Of a stretch of 64,000 nt of DNA, positions 62,268 through 64,000 are shown piece by piece. The notes under the pieces were generated by a model that was not told the origin of the DNA, did no database searches, and saw only the letters and a list, made by a program, of their open reading frames with translations. Positions within the stretch are counted from its first letter, which is position 1. Every line of letters begins with the position of its first letter. The translations under genes and the position numbers were made by a program. The DNA comes from Tubulanus polymorphus (taxonomy: Eukaryota; Animalia; Nemertea): positions 2,627,950-2,691,949 of the forward strand of contig NC_134026.1 in NCBI RefSeq assembly GCF_964204645.1, in the 5' to 3' direction.

Positions 62268-64000
62268 AATTCATATCAAAATTTCCAATTCGACGCATCG
62301 AAATAAAAACTAGAGTACAAGTAGTACAGCACATTGCTGATAGTTGTCATATGAGATTGAGATTAATGAAATTATACATAAAAGCTGTTTACAGGACATG
62401 TATATGGTATTCACATATGAATGATTTTTTCACAATGATTTATATTTCTATTTTACAACAACAATTGTTAAAATAATAAGCAAATAATCAATCGAATCAT
62501 TATATGATAACATATAAAAACAAATCTATAAAATCTTTCGTAAAATTTTTGATTATTTTCATCAATAATTCATATTTTGACTGGACGCAATCAACTGGTA
62601 ATTGTTCGACTAGGATTTTGAATCAAGGTCTAAATCTGAACATACGTACTACTCGATATTTTAAACATTGTCAAAATCATATTTTTTAAAAACGGCTACT
62701 TTTTCATCATTTTACGAATCGTTTAAATAATTTTTGATCACGGTAACTGAATAAAAGAATGGTAAATGCAGTGAGGAATGAAATGTCTGAGAACTTAATG
62801 ACAAAATGAGGTAGTTACTAAAAATAAATATAATCGAGTTTGGTAGCATGGGTGGATAGAAATTAGAATTCTCGTAATAAAATTATCCTATTTGCGTGCC
62901 GCTACGATAATGAAATTTTTAATTGCACTGAAAAAACTGATCACAGAAACTTTCAAGCCACAATATAAACAATTAAGCATACAGAGAGACAGATGGTTAA
63001 AAATGTGTCACAACATGTACTTATTTATTATCTATATCAGTTTAGAAATACAGCAATTCATTATTGTTCGAATTCATCAGTGGTTGGTTTTATTAAGACA
63101 AATTATTGTTTCATTGTTAAGAAATAATGAAAAACGTTTCAATTTCATAAACTGCTGCAATTCGAAGTGACTAGCTTTGTAAAATGGGCCCAGGTTATCA
63201 TTGGTTTAGAGGAGGAAAAAGGCTTTTCTGGATACATGTAGTGTTAACGAAGGGCTTGGTGTATTGCGCTTTCGATTTTGCATAAATGAAGATGGCACTA
63301 TGAACTCATTAAGATTCTAATGTCACTGTTACAATGGTAAAATCTACGTAACATGACCTTTAACAGAGGAAATTGAGATCAAATGGTTTTGAAGTTATCA
63401 GTCTTTCTTCTAGAACTACTTATACATACATTCGTTTGTCAACTACCCAAGTTCTTCTACACATTCAAGTAGGGTTTACTGCGTAGTTTTTATTCTAAGA
63501 AGAATCATGTTCTACTTATGCAAACATTTAACAGCCAACTATTCAGTACATAGCGCTCAAGTTGTTGATAAATGCAGTAAAAATACACAATAATATTAAG
63601 GTGTATACATAAGGATTACGTATGTTCTCTATAAACTCATACTTAGGTTACAAGTACAAAAAAAGCCACAGAGTTCAGATATCCTTATCACAAAAACATA
63701 GATGTGTTATTCAGAGCGTCTCTGGTAAAATGCAATTATGATGATGCATGTATGTCAACTACCGTACTGTTAGAATTTAATGACAAATATTTTCAGCTAG
63801 GGTGACACCTGTAATGTCTAAAAGAAAAAGTATGCAAGTATTTGATGAATTTCAATGAAACAATTTCCTTTTACGCATTTCAAGTTTTTTTTTTACAAGA
63901 TAATGTTCTCTCTCGCCCCAAACATTTAGCGGTCGTGGGAGTAGTTATTGTCTGGTTCACAAGGTGACGTATGAATTGCCGACATGCTGCTAATTCTGGC

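Noticed and set aside
61490-64000. Coding gene at the right end
   Set aside because: AT-rich with no credible ORF; minus-strand AATAAA near 61500 suggests the 3' UTR of a gene beyond the window, identity unknown.

Overview
Eukaryotic (invertebrate animal, probably lophotrochozoan; taxon is inference) genomic DNA, AT-rich with GT-AG introns. Seven intron-containing genes were reconstructed by hand with phase-consistent splice junctions: POMGNT1 (+, 6154-26365, with an 11-kb first coding intron), DEPDC1 (-, 28177-33169), a giant ~3550-aa multi-Tudor protein with about 15 extended Tudor domains and a single 8986-bp exon (+, 33845-45953), CCDC86 (+, missed by the ORF track), class I fructose-bisphosphate aldolase (-), TMED2 (-) and an SLC15A4-like peptide/histidine transporter (+). 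Non-coding DNA holds two Penelope-like retroelement relics with inverted repeats and minimal hammerhead-ribozyme cores, a foldback element whose inverted arms each carry an outward-facing tRNA-like Pol III B-box, several MITE families, and mini/microsatellites. Other notable points: a skippable DEPDC1 cassette exon at the human DEPDC1A position, a CDE/CHR + E2F bidirectional promoter shared by DEPDC1 and the Tudor gene, a duplicated splice acceptor giving a potential poison isoform of the Tudor gene, and an E-to-N change in the SLC15 ExxER motif. All calls are by-eye; no database searches were run.
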